Positions 61,065-64,000 of a stretch of 64,000 nucleotides of DNA are shown here, one piece after another (positions within the stretch are counted from its first letter, which is position 1; each line of letters opens with the position of its first letter). Origin of the DNA: an uncultured Nitrospiraceae bacterium (GTDB lineage Bacteria > Nitrospirota > Nitrospiria > Nitrospirales > Nitrospiraceae); NCBI GenBank assembly GCA_963730935.1, contig CAVSTP010000004.1:1664001-1728000 (forward strand), in the 5' to 3' direction. Under the pieces are notes generated by a model, which had not been told where the DNA came from, searched no databases, and saw nothing but the letters and a program-made list of their open reading frames with translations. Made by a program: the position numbers and the translations under genes.

Positions 61065-63133
61065 CGCTTCAACTCCATGGCAACCGCCCGTCCGAGCGGA
61101 TAGAGGTCGACATCCAAAAACCGTCGTTCCGTTTCGCTCAGCTCGCGGTGCGCGTACTTGGAACGAACCGCCTTGATGGCGGCGTATTCCTGCTGGTAGG
61201 TGCCCGGGATGCCGGCCCGTAACGATTGCTCGGCGAGCAAGGCCCGACCCGGCAGAAAATTCGGCTCATGGGTCGTCGCAGTGGTCAACAGACTGAGGGC
61301 CTCCTCTACGCGGCCCTCAGCAAGACGGATCTGAGCAAGTTCGAAATAGCTGAACGGGGAATACGGATCCAACTGGATGGCTTCTGAGAACGCCTCGGAG
61401 GCTTTCGACAACAGCTCGGCACGCTGCGCGCTGGTCAGAGTTTGGGCGGCTATCAGACGATAGATGGTGCCCAACCGAAAGGCAAACCGGCCGTCCAGAG
61501 GGTTCAGCTTTTTCGCCACGGCTTCTTCTTCCGCCGCTGTGACCAGCCACTCCGATTTTCCGGACTCGCTGTACAACTGCATGGCGGTTCTCGCGATCGA
61601 ATCGTGATATCCGGTCGTCCCCGGATCGATGTCTGCCGCATAGACGTACCAGCCCAACGCCCCTTCCAGATCGTCCTGGGCGGCGTGATGCTTGCCTTCG
61701 TCGTGCGCATACCAGGCCACAGCGGACTGTGCACAGATCGCTGCAATAATCGCCGCCCCGGCGAGGACAGACGCGGCGCGCAACGGGTGATACGAAAATC
61801 CGATGCGTCGCCAAATCACCGACTCGGACCGCGACCGGATATACAGATTGTGGATGAGACCACCCATGAGGAGGAGCAGGATGACCAGGGCCGGTTCATG
61901 AAAGCTGGAATCGACGGCCGCATGGAGCAGGAGCACGAGCGCGGCTGCCGTTACTCCCATCAATAGACCCCGGTCGAACTCCTCGACCGGCTTGCGGAGG
62001 AGTTGGCCGACTTCGGCGGTCCAGAGTCCGGCACCACAGAACAACAGAGCAAGCCCCACAACGCCGAGTTCCACGCCGATCTGCAGATACTCGTTGTGGG
62101 CGGATTCAGGCCGCTTGCGATAGCGTATGATGTCTCCCTCGATGGGGAACCGATCTTGAAACGAGCCCTGCTTGTACATTCCCACACCGATGCCTAGCGG
62201 ATGTTCAAGCAAGCGCACGACGGAACTCTTCCAGATGTCCAGCCTGGTATATGCGTAAGGATCTTCAGCAACGTGAGCGATTCGATGCTGCAACGGGTTC
62301 GGCACGAGGAGACCTGCCAACACACACACAGCCAGAATGACCAACGCCTTTTTCCCATATCGACAAAACGCGAGAAACGATAGCGCTCCCAGCAGTGCCA
62401 ACGTCGCTCCGCGAGACTGTGCCGTCACGAATGCCGTCAATGAGACCGCCGCCGTACACCACAGCCATCTCTTGGAGAACGGCGGGAGCGCTTCGAGTTT
62501 CGGGAAGAGCAGCAGGCCGAGCGTTAACAGCAGGACAGCCGCCTGATACGCGGCAAAGAAATTGGGATTGAAGAACGTGCCATGCGCGCGGGTCTCATCC
62601 AAGCACAGATACTGCGTTATTCCCCACAGGCCTTCGAACATGCCTATCCCACTCACCACGAACAGGAGCGTCTGGATCTGCACCTGCGATCGAATGCCAT
62701 GCGTGACCATGGAGAATAATGCCGCATACGACAGAATGCTGAGCACCCATTGCACGCTCGCATTCTTGTAGGGAGACCATCCGAGCGACAGGATCGCCCA
62801 CCCGGCGAAGAGCGCCACGCACGCCTCCACACGTGTCTCAGGGAGAAATAGCTCCCCCCTTTTCAGTCGTCCGAGCAGCCAAATGACGCCGCTGACGAGG
62901 AGTACCATCCGGATGATGAGCACTGGCAGTTGCGTGGTTCCGCCGTCGATCAGCGGCGAGAAGACAAGCAGTCCTCCAAGGGTCGCGCCGAATCCCGAGA
63001 TGCCCCAAACTACGCTTTGACATTTCAACCACTCCGCGCAACGGCCGAGCGGCGCGCCGAGACGGACAGGCGGGTCGGATACGACAGGCAAATCATTGCG
63101 GAACGCAGTAAATTCACTCGGATGATCGGACAC
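61061..63133 (-). CDS. O-antigen ligase / oligosaccharyltransferase family (Wzy_C) protein with C-terminal TPRs (start 63133 or 63160)
   Basis: RAHGTFFNPNFFA, TAQSRGA, TRLDIWK, HPLGIGVG, AHNEYLQIGVELGVVGL, LHAAVD; TPR repeats AIQLDP, HEPNF. Confidence 0.85.
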   Translation of the reverse strand: MSDHPSEFTAFRNDLPVVSDPPVRLGAPLGRCAEWLKCQSVVWGISGFGATLGGLLVFSPLIDGGTTQLPVLIIRMVLLVSGVIWLLGRLKRGELFLPETRVEACVALFAGWAILSLGWSPYKNASVQWVLSILSYAALFSMVTHGIRSQVQIQTLLFVVSGIGMFEGLWGITQYLCLDETRAHGTFFNPNFFAAYQAAVLLLTLGLLLFPKLEALPPFSKRWLWCTAAVSLTAFVTAQSRGATLALLGALSFLAFCRYGKKALVILAVCVLAGLLVPNPLQHRIAHVAEDPYAYTRLDIWKSSVVRLLEHPLGIGVGMYKQGSFQDRFPIEGDIIRYRKRPESAHNEYLQIGVELGVVGLALLFCGAGLWTAEVGQLLRKPVEEFDRGLLMGVTAAALVLLLHAAVDSSFHEPALVILLLLMGGLIHNLYIRSRSESVIWRRIGFSYHPLRAASVLAGAAIIAAICAQSAVAWYAHDEGKHHAAQDDLEGALGWYVYAADIDPGTTGYHDSIARTAMQLYSESGKSEWLVTAAEEEAVAKKLNPLDGRFAFRLGTIYRLIAAQTLTSAQRAELLSKASEAFSEAIQLDPYSPFSYFELAQIRLAEGRVEEALSLLTTATTHEPNFLPGRALLAEQSLRAGIPGTYQQEYAAIKAVRSKYAHRELSETERRFLDVDLYPLGRAVAMELKR

Positions 63134-63207
63134 GGACTCCTCTTCTCCTGATCGGCACACGAAACCAGAACGTGTTGTATTCGGATCAGAAAGGCTCCGA
63201 AGATTTC

Positions 63208-63236
63208 ACCGTAAGTGGGGGACCGGTGACAGTCAA
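63208..63236 (-). promoter_or_regulatory. Putative internal sigma70 promoter downstream of pilA
   Basis: Minus strand TTGACT-N17-TACGGT between the pilA hairpin and the ligase gene. Confidence 0.35.
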
Positions 63237-63269
63237 GAATTTCCCGTCTTCATGCCTTGAAACGACGAA

Positions 63270-63295
63270 GGAGGGAGACCCCATGGTCTCCCTCC
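63270..63295 (-). terminator. Stem-loop after pilA (terminator or mRNA stabiliser)
   Basis: Perfect 11-bp stem GGAGGGAGACC-4 nt-GGTCTCCCTCC about 40 nt past the pilA stop; weak U-tail (TTCGTCGTTT). Confidence 0.65.
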
Positions 63296-63335
63296 CTCCG
63301 GATCCGCAGATCCGTTCCGCACTCACAACGTCGTC

Positions 63336-63851
63336 TTACAAGGAGACGTCGTTGTTCGTGTTCTGCAGGTTGCGCTGGTCATTGATGAACCAGTGGTCGC
63401 AAGACGTATCGCCGTCGATGTTGCCGTTCGCTCCGGCAGTGAAGCCGCCGGACGACGCCAGCACGCTGAAACCAGCGCTGGTCGGCGCCACCGAAACGTT
63501 ACAGGGCGTCGCGGCGTTGGAGCTGCCGTTGAAACGGGTCACCGTCGTGCCGTTTCCGGCCGCGTTGACACCGTCCTGGTACCAGAACGAGTACCGGGGC
63601 GAACCCGACGGCTGCCAGCCGATCTGGCTGATCGTCGCAGGCGAATAGCTCTGAGGATTCTGCGATTCCGCTTGATAGGCCACGGCTGATGTGAAGATGG
63701 CCCCCAAGCTGACCTTCGCCTCAGACTGCTTCGATTTCGCCTGATAGGCGACGAAGTTCGGGATGGCGATCGCGGCCAAGATACCGATGATCGCGACCAC
63801 GATCATCAACTCGATCAGGGTAAAACCCTTTTGACCTTTGAACTTACACAT
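63336..63851 (-). CDS. pilA: Type IVa major pilin
   Basis: Short basic leader [34 protein letters not shown]5; C108-C142 pair; 162-aa mature protein; GGAGGAG RBS. Confidence 0.93.
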   Translation of the reverse strand: MCKFKGQKGFTLIELMIVVAIIGILAAIAIPNFVAYQAKSKQSEAKVSLGAIFTSAVAYQAESQNPQSYSPATISQIGWQPSGSPRYSFWYQDGVNAAGNGTTVTRFNGSSNAATPCNVSVAPTSAGFSVLASSGGFTAGANGNIDGDTSCDHWFINDQRNLQNTNNDVSL

Positions 63852-63953
63852 CGCTGCTCCTCCTTGTTGATTGTTCACCGACACTCCCCATCACAGGCTC
63901 GATTGCCAATTTCTTCCTGAGAATGGCTCCCTTTGCCGTCACCCCGGGGTAGT

Positions 63954-63969
63954 AGCAGGTTCGGTGCCG
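63954..63969 (-). promoter_or_regulatory. sigma54 (-24/-12) promoter of pilA
   Basis: Minus strand CGGCACCGAACCTGCT with exact GG-N10-GC spacing, about 100 nt upstream of the ATG; pilA is sigma54-dependent in Pseudomonas, Myxococcus and Geobacter. Confidence 0.7.
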
Positions 63970-64000
63970 AGGGGGCGTCCACCGTCGATGAGCATGACCA

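Noticed and set aside
63172..63648. 158-aa plus-strand ORF opposite pilA
   Set aside because: Antisense to pilA and its hairpin; no RBS or motif.
63890..63945. c-di-GMP-I (GEMM) riboswitch in the pilA leader (GGCAAA plus hairpin)
   Set aside because: Lacks the GAAA-tetraloop P2 and GACGCAAAGC core; only a simple hairpin is present.

Overview
High-GC bacterial chromosomal window, most likely from a Nitrospira-like organism (inferred from gene content and protein style; not verified). Left part (1-26.5 kb) is mostly housekeeping: gltB-gltD, with gltB broken by a single +1 frameshift near 3375; polyprenyl synthase; DUF1015; an orphan NtrC-type regulator; amgK-murU; vanZ; a GH57/GalT-like pair; a Thermus-type ttuB...ttuA tRNA-thiolation pair separated by a ~4.9 kb block of envelope and sensing genes; a DnaJ-class protein, MarC, Spy/CpxP-like, PepSY and ilvD. 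Right part (26.5-63.9 kb) is one minus-strand, tightly coupled gene run. It starts with a sigma54-driven, aromatic-rich type IV major pilin, followed by an O-antigen-ligase/oligosaccharyltransferase-TPR protein, a TPR/pseudopilin-like protein, a PilH/PilI-like ABC pair, Wzm/Wzt, 11 glycosyltransferase genes, a WecA/MraY-type initiator, 10 methyltransferases, a deacetylase, an AT-rich O-acyltransferase, a mutase-like flavoprotein and a DegT aminotransferase. This is the best candidate novel system: pilus-linked synthesis and attachment of a heavily methylated glycan. A small dispersed repeat with a conserved leader, covarying hairpin stems and a conserved CCNRGA loop occurs three times between genes. 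No rRNA, tRNA, CRISPR array or transposase was seen. All assignments come from motif recognition by eye, without database searches.
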